Positions 9,831-20,504 are shown, counted from the first letter of the stretch. The stretch: DNA of 64,000 nucleotides from Promethearchaeota archaeon (GCA_016839555.1 JAEOUA010000010.1:192001-256000); one strand, 5' to 3'. Program-made: numbers and translations. The notes: generated from the sequence alone by a model not told the origin.

Positions 9831-12599
9831 TTAGATAAAAATAGTAGATTTTTCTTCATCCGTAATATCCTCAATTTCTCGAGGCTCTCCTCTTTCTAGG
9901 AAGAAGGGATCTATTATTGCAGAGATTTGATCGAAATCATAATGTCGAGCGGTAATCGCCTTCAACCTACAAACTGCAGCGCATCGCCCGCATCCTTTAC
10001 AAATAGCAGGATTGATATACGCTTTTTTCATATCCATACTTATTTCTTCAAATTCTTTTTTCACATCTACAAGTGAAATTGCTTTAAATTGGCACGCTTC
10101 TTCACATCTTCCGCAACCATTACATTTCTCCGTATCAACAATCATATCCTTAAAATGGCATTCAATTGAAAGCAAGAATGAAAGGAATTTCAATTTATTT
10201 GTAGAAACTTGTTCTAAACTTAAGAATCTGCTTGCTCTCGCTGCTGCCCCCTTGGCTTGTGAAATGGAATCTTGAATATTTTTTGGCCATTGAGCGCATC
10301 CGCATAAGAATAAGCCATGGTTTTCAAAATCTAAAGGTCGTAATTTTGCGTGAGCTTCAACAAAAAATCCATCATCATTTATGGATACATTTAACATATC
10401 TGCTAGAGAATCTAAATCATTAGATGGCACCATGGGAGCTGATAATATGATAAGGTCTGTACCAAATTCAAGAAAATGCTCCGGATTATGATAATCTCTT
10501 AATTTAATCGTATATCTTTCAGGATCATCTCCAGTTTTAATAATTTCAGGGATATTTTGAGGATTATATCTTACAAAATTTGCGGTTTTATTGTTTTCAT
10601 TGAAAAAGTCTTCAAAATCTTTTTTCGCTGTATGCAGATCTCTATAAAATACTAACATTTGAAGATCGGGTTTGATCTTTTCTAATATATTAATATTTTT
10701 GATAGTGTTGCTACAACATATATTTGAACAATATGAAATTCCACCTTCATGTCGTGCTCCTACACACATTATGGTAGTAACGTGATGAATGTCTTTTAAC
10801 CACTCATAAGAACCTGTTTTGAGTTTTTGTTCTAATTCTAATTGAGTTATAATATTTTTATTTCCCTCACCGTAGGAATAGAGACCTTTTGGCTTATATT
10901 CTTGACCCCCTGTCGCAATGATAACGGTTCCAACATTTAATTCTAGCGGTTCTGGTTTGGAATTATTGACAAAAGCTACATAATTCCCAATTGAACCAGA
11001 TATTTGTTCAATCTTAGAATCTAATAGAACTTCAATATTAGTATTGTTTATGATTTTTTCTTTAATATTTTCTAAAAATTTGCTTGCTTTCTCTTCAATG
11101 GGATAAATTACATTCAGATTCTTTAAAATCCCTCCTAAACTTTCAGTTTTTTCTACGATATACGTTTTATATCCTTGGTTTGCAATATTTAGTGCTGCCG
11201 TCATTCCTGAAATACCTCCCCCAATTACCAATGCTGAAGGAGTAATTTCGATAATCTCTTCTTTTTTAGTAAGATCAATCTGTTTTCTTTTGATTTGAGT
11301 ATACTTAACTGAACTTAATAAATTAGCGATTTGTGAGGCTACTGCGCTCGCATCTGCAACCGTCTCAGAAATGTCCATCGGACTCTGACAATACCCACAT
11401 AAATAAATTCCATCCTTAGAAGAAAGTGATTTATCAAAGTAAGATCTTTCTTGATAGAAGCCGTATTTATCTAATTTAATTCCTAAAATTTTTGCTAATT
11501 TTTTTGTACCTGCAGAATATACAAGTGGAGCAGCTAATACAACCATATTCGCGAGAAATTCCTTTTTTTCACCAGTACCTAGATCTTTATAATTTATAAT
11601 TAAATCTTTTGATTTTGGAATTTCTTTAATATCATAGATTTTTGCTTGAAAATAGGTTACATTATGTTGCTTTTGAGCTTCTTTAGCATATTCATAGAAA
11701 TTCTTGCCAAATGCTCTAAATTTATGTCTGAATATATAAGGTTTTATATCTTCAGAATATAAATTTGTCCAAACAGCTTGATTTGCAGTATACATGCAGC
11801 AGACTCGGGAACAATAAGGGACACTTTCTTCCACATCAATTGATCCCGCACATTGGATGAAAGCAACTTTTTTCGGCTGTGTTTCATCACTTATTCTTAA
11901 TATTTGGGGACCAAATGGTCCTGTAGTACATAAAATTCTTTCATATTCTAAAGCATTGACAACATTTTTATATTGATATCCCCATCTTTCAGTCAATTCC
12001 TCCCCTAACATATCAAAACCAGTAGCAACCACTATTGCTCCCACTTCTATTTGAATCTCTTCTGGTTTTTGATCAAAATTAATAGCATCTCCTTTACATA
12101 CTTTTTTACATACTCCACATACTTGCCGGTTTATATATAAACATAAATTTGGATCTATTACATAAACAGGTGGTGTTGCTTGGGGAAAAGGAATATAAAT
12201 AGATTTTCTTTTACCTAGATTCATATCATATGGATTAGGTGCCTCTATTTTGGGACATTTAGCCGCACAATCCCCACATCCTTTGCATTTAGTCTCATCC
12301 ACATAACGAGGCTTCTTTTCTATAGTGACTTTAAAATTTCCTACTTCCCCTTTTACCTTTTTTACATTAGATAACGTAAATAATTTAATATTCGGATTGC
12401 GAAAAACTGCGATCATTTTTGGAGAAAGAGTGCATAATGCGCAATCATCATTTGGAAAAAGTTTCTCTAATTGAGCCACATGTCCTCCTATTGATGGTTT
12501 CCTTTCTACTAAATATACTTTAAATCCTAAATCTACTAAATCCAAGGAGGTTTGAATTCCTCCAATACCACCTCCAATTACTAATACAGAACCAATCAT
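9831..12599 (-). CDS. hdrA: HdrA-like flavoprotein with two FAD modules, lacking the HdrA N-terminal-type domain and MvhD
   Basis: Two GGGI(G/S)G Rossmann motifs, FIQCAGS, YCSRVCC, CxxCxxCxxxC ferredoxin motifs. Confidence 0.85.
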   Translation of the reverse strand: MIGSVLVIGGGIGGIQTSLDLVDLGFKVYLVERKPSIGGHVAQLEKLFPNDDCALCTLSPKMIAVFRNPNIKLFTLSNVKKVKGEVGNFKVTIEKKPRYVDETKCKGCGDCAAKCPKIEAPNPYDMNLGKRKSIYIPFPQATPPVYVIDPNLCLYINRQVCGVCKKVCKGDAINFDQKPEEIQIEVGAIVVATGFDMLGEELTERWGYQYKNVVNALEYERILCTTGPFGPQILRISDETQPKKVAFIQCAGSIDVEESVPYCSRVCCMYTANQAVWTNLYSEDIKPYIFRHKFRAFGKNFYEYAKEAQKQHNVTYFQAKIYDIKEIPKSKDLIINYKDLGTGEKKEFLANMVVLAAPLVYSAGTKKLAKILGIKLDKYGFYQERSYFDKSLSSKDGIYLCGYCQSPMDISETVADASAVASQIANLLSSVKYTQIKRKQIDLTKKEEIIEITPSALVIGGGISGMTAALNIANQGYKTYIVEKTESLGGILKNLNVIYPIEEKASKFLENIKEKIINNTNIEVLLDSKIEQISGSIGNYVAFVNNSKPEPLELNVGTVIIATGGQEYKPKGLYSYGEGNKNIITQLELEQKLKTGSYEWLKDIHHVTTIMCVGARHEGGISYCSNICCSNTIKNINILEKIKPDLQMLVFYRDLHTAKKDFEDFFNENNKTANFVRYNPQNIPEIIKTGDDPERYTIKLRDYHNPEHFLEFGTDLIILSAPMVPSNDLDSLADMLNVSINDDGFFVEAHAKLRPLDFENHGLFLCGCAQWPKNIQDSISQAKGAAARASRFLSLEQVSTNKLKFLSFLLSIECHFKDMIVDTEKCNGCGRCEEACQFKAISLVDVKKEFEEISMDMKKAYINPAICKGCGRCAAVCRLKAITARHYDFDQISAIIDPFFLERGEPREIEDITDEEKSTIFI

Positions 12600-12730
12600 T
12601 TTTTAATATATCACTTTTATAATTCAAATGAAAATTATTTTGGAAAAAATATTCTTAACATCAATTAATTACTTTCTACTATTTAAATGTATCGTAAATA
12701 AATTTCGAAAAAAATAAAAAATAAAAAGAA

Positions 12731-12789
12731 AAGTGATCATATTAATTCATAAAATAGTATTAAGATCTCGTAATACAACAAGATCACTT
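12731..12789 (-). terminator. Possible hairpin followed by a U-rich tract between the two large hdrA-like genes
   Basis: AAGTGATC/GATCACTT outer and GTATTA/TAATAC inner inverted repeats; long T-run follows on the minus strand. Confidence 0.3.
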
Positions 12790-12990
12790 CGAAATATTAG
12801 CAATAACTAACAAAAGTATTGAATTCTGATATTTAATAATTATTCATTATTGAATTCAAAAATTATGAATAAATGTTTTTTTAAAATATTAAATAATTCT
12901 CTCTAAGATTATTGTTTTAAAAAATAAGATAATAAAAACTTAAAGAAAGTATGAAAAGTGATAAATTAAAAAATGCAATTTTTTGGTTTT

Positions 12991-15900
12991 TTACTTGGTT
13001 AAAGGACCTAATTCCTTAACTTGATTAGTAAATTCTGTAATTAATTCAGCAAAACGCTTTCCTTCAGAAGCACTTACCCATTCAAGTCTAAGGCGCTTTT
13101 TGTCAATACCTAATTGCTCAATAATAATATTGTGAAGTTTTTCAAATCTTTCTTGTGCATATTCATTGCCAGAAATATAATGACAATCGCCAATATGGCA
13201 TCCACTTATAAGTACTCCATCCGCGCCGTCCTTGAATGCCTTCAAAATGAATGAGGGATCAACCCTTCCCGAACACATTACTCTTACAATCCTCATGTTT
13301 GGAGGATATTGAAACCTTGAAACGCCTGCTAAGTCAGCTCCCGCGTAAGAACACCAATTACAGCAAAAAACAAGAATTTCAGGATTGAAATATGAGTCAA
13401 TCATGGCGGAAATCTGCCCGAATTCAAACTGTCTGATCGTTATAGCACCATTTGGACAAGTCGCTGCGCATGTACCACAGCCCTTGCATAATGCGGGGTT
13501 TATGAACGATTTTTTTGTAGAAATATTGACTTCTTCAAATTCTTTAATAGAGGGGACCAGCTCTATTGCATTATATGGGCAGACGCTTTCGCATTTTCCA
13601 CAGCCAATACAATTCGTGGGATTAACTTCAGCAACTACCCCAGAGGTTTGAATTTCTTTTGCATTTAAAAAACGACTGGCTCTTCCCGCCGCACCATTTG
13701 CTTGCGAGATGGAATCTCGAATATTTTTTGGCCATTGAGCGCATCCGCATAAGAAGATTCCATCAGTTGCAAAATCTAATGGTCTTAATTTTACATGAGC
13801 TTCCAAGAAAAATCCATGCTCGTCTAAAGGTACCTTTAGCATTTTAGCTAATTCTATATTATCATATGGAACCATTGGAGTGGAAAGAACGATTAAATCA
13901 GTTTCAAATTTAAGTTTATCATGTAAATTTGTATCATATACTTCAATTTCATATTTTTCTGGTTTCTTTTTCTTTTTTTTAACTTTTGGTAAATTATCCA
14001 AATCATATCTAAGAAACATAGCATCTTTTCTGCGATTACGGTAGTATTCTTCATATTCTTTTTTGGCCATTTGAATATCTCTATAAAGTAAAACGATCTC
14101 AAGCTCTGGTTTTAGCTCTTTAAGATAATTTATGTTTTTTATGGCATTACCACAACACACATTAGAACAATAAGTAATTCCTTCTTTTTGCCGAGCATTT
14201 ACGCATAATATTGTTGTTATTCTATCGATATCATCCAGCCAAGAATAATCTTTTGATCTTAATTTCTGTTCAAGTTCTAATTGAGTTATCACATTATTAT
14301 TTCCCTGTTTATATTCAAATATCCCATGTGGCTTATGTTCTTTGGTCCCTGTCGCAACTATTATTGTGCCAATTTTTAACTCATGGATTTTATCTTTTGA
14401 ATCAATGATAGAGACATCATAATTTCCAATGTAGCCTTTTACTTCTTTTAATTGTGATCCGAGAAAAATTTCAATATTTTCATTATTTTCAATTTTTAAT
14501 TTTGTTTCATTTAAAAGATCTATCGCATCATATTCAATAGGATATAAAGAGTTTAAAAATTTCAAATTTCCTCCAAGATTCTTTTCTTTTTCAACCAGAA
14601 ATGCCTTAAATCCTTGGTTTGCAATGCTTAAAGCAGCTGTCATTCCTGAGATCCCCCCTCCAATTATTAATGCGCTAGGAGTTATTTGGATAAGTTCTTC
14701 TTTAAGGGGTTTTAATAATCTAGCTTTTGCGACTGCCATTCGTATAAGATCTTTAGCTTTTTGAGTTGCTGCCTCACGCTCATTCATATGAACCCAGCTA
14801 CACTGATCGCGAATATTAACCATCTCGAAGAGATATTTATTTAAGCCTGCTTCCTGACAAGTTTCCTGAAATAAGGCTTCATGGGTTCTTGGGGTACAAG
14901 ATGCAACAATAAAACGATTTAAATCATATTCTTGAATTACTTCCTTAATTCTCGCTTGAGAATCAGAACTGCAAGAATATAAATTATCTTCACAAAATAC
15001 CACATTAGGCAAAGTTTTTATATATTCCGCTACATTGGGGACTTCTACATATTTTCCAATATTAATCCCACAATGACAAATTAAAACTCCGATTCTTGGC
15101 TCATCTGTAATTTTTACTTCTTTTTCTTCTACTTCAATTTCTTTTTCTTTTAATTGGGTATAAGCAACGGAATTTAAAAAGGAAGCTACTTGAGATGCTA
15201 CCCCACTGGAATCAGCAACGGTTTCTGGAATATCCATTGGTCCCTCGCAAAATCCGCATAGAAAAATTCCATCTCGAGAGGATAATGATTTATTAAAATA
15301 AGACCTTTCATGAAAAAATCCATATTTATCTAATTCAATGCCTAATATTTTTCCTAATTCTCTAGTACCATGAGATGGTACTAAAGGGGTTGCTAAAACT
15401 ATTAAATTTGCCCGAAATTGTTGAAATTCTCCTGTTTTAAGATCTTCATAGTTTATTAAGATATCATTAGTTTTAGAATCTTCCTCAATAAAACTTATCT
15501 TCGTTTGAAAATATTCAACCCCATATTCTTCTTGGGCTCGTTGCGTAAATTCATAGAAATTTTTTCCATAAGCTCTAATATCATGTCGAAAGACATAACA
15601 TTTAGACTTTTCTGAATGCTCCTTAGTAATGATTGCTTCTTTTGCAGTATACATACAACAAACGCTGGAACAATAAGGTATACCTTCATGTAAATCTCGA
15701 GATCCCGCACATTGGATGAATGCTATCTTTTCTGGTTCCTTATGATCACTTGGTCTTAATACATGCCCTTCGAAGGGTCCGGAAGCGCAAAGAATTCTTT
15801 CATATTCTAATGCAGACACTACATTTTCATATTGATAACCCCATCGGTGTGATAATTCTTCTCCAAGCATATCAAATCCAGTAGCTACTACTATTGCACC

Positions 15901-16458
15901 TACTTTTATATCAAATATCTGAGGCTTCTGGTCAAAATCAATAGCTTCTGCTTTACAAACTTTACTACATACTCCACATACATCTTTAGTTAGCTTTAAA
16001 CATAATTCAGGATCTATTACATAAACTGGCGGTACTGCTTGGGGAAAAGGAATATAGATCGATTTTCGCTTTCCAAGATTCATATCAAAAAGATTAGGAA
16101 CCTCTATCTTCGGGCATTTTGCTGCGCAATCGCCACATCCCTTACATTTTGTTTCATCCACATAGCGCGGCTTTTTTAAGATTGATACTGTAAAATCTCC
16201 TGCTTTACCTTTTACTTCTTTAACTTCATGATAAGTTAAAAGCTCAATATTCTGATTACGAAAAACTTCCACCATTTTTGGCGCCAGAATACAGAGTGAG
16301 CAGTCATTTGTGGGGAATGTTTTGTCAAGTTGAGCCATTCGTCCCCCAATAGAAGGAGATTTCTCTACTAAATATACTTTAAAACCTAATTCAGTCAAAT
16401 CTAAAGAAGTTTGAATCCCAGCTATGCCACCACCTATAACCAGTACCGAGCCTTCCAT
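12991..16458 (-). CDS. hdrA: Large HdrA-like protein (two FAD modules) fused to a C-terminal MvhD domain; all-Cys paralog
   Basis: DKTFPTNDCSLC, ICHCG, VASCTP, RDQCSW; MvhD motifs FCCNWCSYAGADLAG, MCSGRVD, GCHIGDCHY. Confidence 0.92.
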   Translation of the reverse strand: MEGSVLVIGGGIAGIQTSLDLTELGFKVYLVEKSPSIGGRMAQLDKTFPTNDCSLCILAPKMVEVFRNQNIELLTYHEVKEVKGKAGDFTVSILKKPRYVDETKCKGCGDCAAKCPKIEVPNLFDMNLGKRKSIYIPFPQAVPPVYVIDPELCLKLTKDVCGVCSKVCKAEAIDFDQKPQIFDIKVGAIVVATGFDMLGEELSHRWGYQYENVVSALEYERILCASGPFEGHVLRPSDHKEPEKIAFIQCAGSRDLHEGIPYCSSVCCMYTAKEAIITKEHSEKSKCYVFRHDIRAYGKNFYEFTQRAQEEYGVEYFQTKISFIEEDSKTNDILINYEDLKTGEFQQFRANLIVLATPLVPSHGTRELGKILGIELDKYGFFHERSYFNKSLSSRDGIFLCGFCEGPMDIPETVADSSGVASQVASFLNSVAYTQLKEKEIEVEEKEVKITDEPRIGVLICHCGINIGKYVEVPNVAEYIKTLPNVVFCEDNLYSCSSDSQARIKEVIQEYDLNRFIVASCTPRTHEALFQETCQEAGLNKYLFEMVNIRDQCSWVHMNEREAATQKAKDLIRMAVAKARLLKPLKEELIQITPSALIIGGGISGMTAALSIANQGFKAFLVEKEKNLGGNLKFLNSLYPIEYDAIDLLNETKLKIENNENIEIFLGSQLKEVKGYIGNYDVSIIDSKDKIHELKIGTIIVATGTKEHKPHGIFEYKQGNNNVITQLELEQKLRSKDYSWLDDIDRITTILCVNARQKEGITYCSNVCCGNAIKNINYLKELKPELEIVLLYRDIQMAKKEYEEYYRNRRKDAMFLRYDLDNLPKVKKKKKKPEKYEIEVYDTNLHDKLKFETDLIVLSTPMVPYDNIELAKMLKVPLDEHGFFLEAHVKLRPLDFATDGIFLCGCAQWPKNIRDSISQANGAAGRASRFLNAKEIQTSGVVAEVNPTNCIGCGKCESVCPYNAIELVPSIKEFEEVNISTKKSFINPALCKGCGTCAATCPNGAITIRQFEFGQISAMIDSYFNPEILVFCCNWCSYAGADLAGVSRFQYPPNMRIVRVMCSGRVDPSFILKAFKDGADGVLISGCHIGDCHYISGNEYAQERFEKLHNIIIEQLGIDKKRLRLEWVSASEGKRFAELITEFTNQVKELGPLTK

Positions 16459-16461
16459 TAT

Positions 16462-17691
16462 TTATTTTACCTCGATATGTTTTATGATAAATTCAATAAA
16501 ATCCATAATCTTCACATCAGCTAAATCAGGAAAATCATTCTGAACACAAGTTAGATGAATATTACACTTTGGACATGATGTTAACATGAGGCTGGCAACT
16601 TCTTTTGCTTCTAACATTCTTTTATATCGTAATGCTTTAGATTTTTCATTACAATTCATCCAACAACTCACACCACAACATAACGAATTTTTTTGATTGT
16701 GCACCATCTCTTTGAAATCATATCCTAAAGTTTTAAAAGCATTAAAAATTTCTCTTGATTTTTCTATAATTTTATTTTCTTTTGGCAAAAATCTGCTTAA
16801 GCGACAAGGATCATGAAAAGTGAATTGAATTTTTTCTTCTTTTTCATTAGGATGGGCAAATTCAATCGTCTCGTTTTTCCAATTATCATATACATATTCA
16901 ATTATATGTTTTACTTCATATTTTTCTTCAAAATCATCAAAAATTTGAGTATAATCCACTTTGAAGGTCCTATAGCATTCTGCACATGCAGTAATAATGG
17001 TTGAAACTTGGGCCTCCTCGAATTTTTTTAAATTCTTTTTTCCTAACTCTATAAATTCATCGATCTCACCTTGCCCCCAATAAATATCATGTCCACAACA
17101 CATCTCATCCTCTAACACAACAATGGGATTATCTTCGACTTTGCATAATAATTGTAAAGTACTAATCGCTATTTCATCTAATCCTTGAAATTCAAATTTA
17201 AAAAAAGGTAAGCACCCCACAAAATACAATATTTCTCCTTTTTGAGATGTTTTACACTCTTTTGGGATCCAACTTAGATCTCTCTTTGGGCGAATAGAAT
17301 ATTGGCTCATAATTTCAGGAATAGAAGTATAAATGCCTTTATGAGCAATCAATTCTTCGGGATTTTGTTCCTCTTCTTTTCTCATTTTATATCGTGCAAT
17401 TCGAACCACATCAGCAAAATTAATTTCCATAGGACAATTTTGCAGGCAGCTGTTGCACGTCAAGCAATCCCATAAGACTTTACTTTTAAGTACTTTTTCT
17501 TCAAAACCTTCTAAAATAAGTTGGATTATTCTACTTGGCGGATATTTCTCAACTTTACTTAATTGACACACACTACTACAGCGTCCGCATTGATAACATT
17601 TTTTTAATAAATCTCTTAACTCAGAACTATATACTTTCTTTTTGAAAACAATGTCTTGCTCTTTGTCTGTAATTTTTTTTGACTCGGTTAT
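16462..17691 (-). CDS. hdrD: HdrD-like protein (HdrC-type 2x[4Fe-4S] plus two CCG domains); start probably ATA at 17691
   Basis: Frame extends 40 codons upstream of the ORF-track GTG and contains CYQCGRCSSVC; CLTCNSCLQNCP, two CCG, FHDPCRL. Confidence 0.8.
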   Translation of the reverse strand: MTESKKITDKEQDIVFKKKVYSSELRDLLKKCYQCGRCSSVCQLSKVEKYPPSRIIQLILEGFEEKVLKSKVLWDCLTCNSCLQNCPMEINFADVVRIARYKMRKEEEQNPEELIAHKGIYTSIPEIMSQYSIRPKRDLSWIPKECKTSQKGEILYFVGCLPFFKFEFQGLDEIAISTLQLLCKVEDNPIVVLEDEMCCGHDIYWGQGEIDEFIELGKKNLKKFEEAQVSTIITACAECYRTFKVDYTQIFDDFEEKYEVKHIIEYVYDNWKNETIEFAHPNEKEEKIQFTFHDPCRLSRFLPKENKIIEKSREIFNAFKTLGYDFKEMVHNQKNSLCCGVSCWMNCNEKSKALRYKRMLEAKEVASLMLTSCPKCNIHLTCVQNDFPDLADVKIMDFIEFIIKHIEVK

Positions 17692-17693
17692 TC

Positions 17694-18836
17694 TTACTCA
17701 CGCCCTAATTTATAATTGTCTTGAATCCCCATTTTTTTTAAAAATTCTAAATAACGCTTAATTTTATTTTTCGCAAAATTATTAATAAGATCCCTCATTT
17801 TTTCTTGTTTAGCTTCCCCCAAGTCCACACAATCAAAAATATCGCTTTCTTTTGCTTTAGTAAATATTTTTTGTCCTTTCTCTGTTCGTGGGATCACAGT
17901 TGTAAATTTATCTTGAGAACCTAATCCCCCAAAAGAAATATCGGCATATATATTTGTAAAATCACTACATGCGTTACATGCAGTCCGCATATAATCATTT
18001 AAATGATTAAATGGTAGATGGATTGTTCTTTTGTTGTTGTCCTCATCGTGTATCTTGAAGATTAAATCTTCTTTAATATTTATCTTTTCTACCTGTTTTA
18101 AATTTATATTAAAATCTTTTTGGAATTTCTCAATTTGAGCTTTTTCAAAAAAGAAATTTTCATAACAAAATAATCCTAAACATACTTCAATATTTTGTGA
18201 AGGAGTAACTCCTAAAGCTTGCATACATCTTATGGTATATATTTGACAAGGAGTCCCCACCACAGCTAATTTTTTAAATTTATAATGATTTAATTTTGGG
18301 ATGGAATGCGTATAAGTAGAGAACTTCTGAACCTCATTCAATTGAGTAGAAATATCTAAAGTGGCTCCAGAAGCTTTAATTAAATCCTCTTTATTATAGG
18401 CAATTGCGGATTCCCTTGAAAAAGGGCTCTCCATTTTTGCCACAATCGCACCATCAATAATATTTTCTTCAATTAAAAAATTAATTAATGAATTTACAAC
18501 TCCTCCATCTGTACCAACTTCTAAAAATTTACTGTCTTTAGATTGACAGGAATATATTTTGTCGTAATGTCCGATTGGCATTTCATGAAAATCTAAACTT
18601 TTATAGGTAGTATCAAGTTCTTCATGCAGATAATGGGTTTGGGGGCAGATCACGTAGCAAATCCCACATTCGAGACATTTATCTTTATTAATATATTCTG
18701 GAGGAGCATTAGGTTTTGTAAAACCTATAACATCATATTCTGCCGAGCTGCAGAAGGAAACGCACCCTCCACATTCTTGGCAAATACCTTTATCATGAAC
18801 TTCAGTAATTAAATCTTCAAAAGTTTTTGGACTCAT
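17694..18836 (-). CDS. F420 hydrogenase/dehydrogenase beta subunit (FrhB/FdhB/FpoF) family with N-terminal ferredoxin
   Basis: CQECGGC, CLECGIC, TDGGVV, VGTPCQ, GLFCYE, CNACSDF, ADISFG. Confidence 0.88.
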   Translation of the reverse strand: MSPKTFEDLITEVHDKGICQECGGCVSFCSSAEYDVIGFTKPNAPPEYINKDKCLECGICYVICPQTHYLHEELDTTYKSLDFHEMPIGHYDKIYSCQSKDSKFLEVGTDGGVVNSLINFLIEENIIDGAIVAKMESPFSRESAIAYNKEDLIKASGATLDISTQLNEVQKFSTYTHSIPKLNHYKFKKLAVVGTPCQIYTIRCMQALGVTPSQNIEVCLGLFCYENFFFEKAQIEKFQKDFNINLKQVEKINIKEDLIFKIHDEDNNKRTIHLPFNHLNDYMRTACNACSDFTNIYADISFGGLGSQDKFTTVIPRTEKGQKIFTKAKESDIFDCVDLGEAKQEKMRDLINNFAKNKIKRYLEFLKKMGIQDNYKLGRE

Positions 18837-18853
18837 AATAAAATAAGATTTTT

Positions 18854-20362
18854 TTATTCATTTTTATTTAATTCAATAGATTTTGCTTTATTTCTTTTAC
18901 TTCCACCAATTCTTTCTACAAGGAATTGCCCAGGTTTAACTTCTGTTAGTTTTTTAAATTCTATTAACCCCGCTTTTACTGCCCCCTGAAATATTTCTTC
19001 TCCCGCCTTAGATCGTATAATAACTGCAGATGATCCACCAGGTGCTCCAATTGATCCCACAGAAATGTCTGCATATTCTGAGGTTAAATCATCACAATAG
19101 TGACAAGTATCGCGAGCATAAGACTGAACATCTTTAAGTGGAACATTTTTTTCCTCTCCGTTTTTTAGATTAATAATAAATTTCCCACTATCAATATTCA
19201 TCTTGGTTAGATTGTTAATGTCTTCATTGAACTGTTCTCTTACTAGTTTAATGATATTGTCGTAAGAAAAACTTTCCATGCAGAATAATCCTATGCGATA
19301 TGTTATATTTTTAAAGAATGGAAGGCCACTGGGAAATAATTCCCCTTTTACAAGAGCGTTCATCATACAAGGAACTCCAACAAGTGCTATCCGCTCATAA
19401 TTTTTTGCTTTTTCGAGGATATTTAATGAGGGAGCGTTCGCATATTTTGTACCCGCCGTTTTATATAAGTCTTTTACATCATCTACAATTACCGGTTCTG
19501 GTTTCCATAATTTATCTGAATGTTGTACGGCAACAATCGCATCGACAAGATTATTTTTAAGCAAATATTCGAGCAAAGAAGTAACAATCCCACCGTCCTG
19601 CCTAACCTCCTTGATTTCATCCTTAGTAGTAGTGCCAGAATAAGTTTTTAGATATGCACCTATTTTTTCCGAAAATGTCAGTGAATTATCAAGCTTTTTT
19701 ATGGTTTCATATGCTCTATTCATTGAGAAAGAGCGAGGGCAAACGGTAAAACATAGGCCGCATTTCATACATTTGTCTTCATCTAATTCAAGATGATCCG
19801 CGGTAACATTGATCGCATTCACCGGACAGATTGCCGAACAAAACCCGCAATTAACACATACCCCCACCTCATCAATTATTGACACAGGTTCAAAATAATG
19901 TTCTTTGAGATCCATCTCAGTATCTTTGGCTTTATATCGATAAAAATACTCCTTTTCCTCTACGACTTTTTCTTCCCCTTTAATTGTTTTCTTTACCTTC
20001 TTGGTTTTTACTTCAACTTGCTCTTCTACATATCCTTGTTCTTTTAAATAGATTACATCTCTTATTACATTTTCTGGTGGAATATCTTTAAATTCCTTGA
20101 CAATTTCCTCTAAAAATAATGCTTCATCGATATTTTTCATTTTTTTCAGGATATATCTGCGCTCTGTTTCAGCATCAATCATGGAATCTAAAATTTCGTA
20201 ATATTCCTGTTCTGTATATTTACTACATTCTAAAATCTCATCCTTGGCCTCAAAAAAAGCTCGAATTTGAAAATTCATTGATGCTTCAAAGGTAGCGTCT
20301 AATAGATCTTTCGGGGATATTTTTTCGAATACCTTTTTATCCACTTGTTGTAGCATTACCAT
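18854..20362 (-). CDS. FrhB/FpoF family protein with ferredoxin and an extra ~160-aa N-terminal domain
   Basis: CVNCGFCSAICP, CMKCGLC, QDGGIVT, VGVPC, GLFCME, CHYCDD, ADISVG. Confidence 0.88.
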   Translation of the reverse strand: MVMLQQVDKKVFEKISPKDLLDATFEASMNFQIRAFFEAKDEILECSKYTEQEYYEILDSMIDAETERRYILKKMKNIDEALFLEEIVKEFKDIPPENVIRDVIYLKEQGYVEEQVEVKTKKVKKTIKGEEKVVEEKEYFYRYKAKDTEMDLKEHYFEPVSIIDEVGVCVNCGFCSAICPVNAINVTADHLELDEDKCMKCGLCFTVCPRSFSMNRAYETIKKLDNSLTFSEKIGAYLKTYSGTTTKDEIKEVRQDGGIVTSLLEYLLKNNLVDAIVAVQHSDKLWKPEPVIVDDVKDLYKTAGTKYANAPSLNILEKAKNYERIALVGVPCMMNALVKGELFPSGLPFFKNITYRIGLFCMESFSYDNIIKLVREQFNEDINNLTKMNIDSGKFIINLKNGEEKNVPLKDVQSYARDTCHYCDDLTSEYADISVGSIGAPGGSSAVIIRSKAGEEIFQGAVKAGLIEFKKLTEVKPGQFLVERIGGSKRNKAKSIELNKNE

Positions 20363-20429
20363 TTTTACTTCTTTTTTCCTTTTTTAACTATTTCATTCAA
20401 CACATTTTTAAAATTATAATTATTTTTTA

Positions 20430-20503
20430 CATCCTCCCACCACGCTAAGGTTAGTCCTTTTGTACCTACAATTTTTATACAAAACTCATTCTTTTAGAGG
20501 ATG
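20430..20503 (-). promoter_or_regulatory. Eukaryote-like SECIS element
   Basis: CAUCCUCU/GGGAGGAUG lower helix; AUGA (20489-20486) opposite GA (20456-20455); UUUUGUAU/GUACAAAA upper helix; AAAAA opening the apical loop; starts 1 nt after the vhuD stop. Confidence 0.85.
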
Positions 20504-20504
20504 G

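Noticed and set aside
17698-17700. TGA upstream of the hdrD-like frame as a further Sec codon
   Set aside because: It lies within the end of the preceding gene and not at a conserved Cys position.
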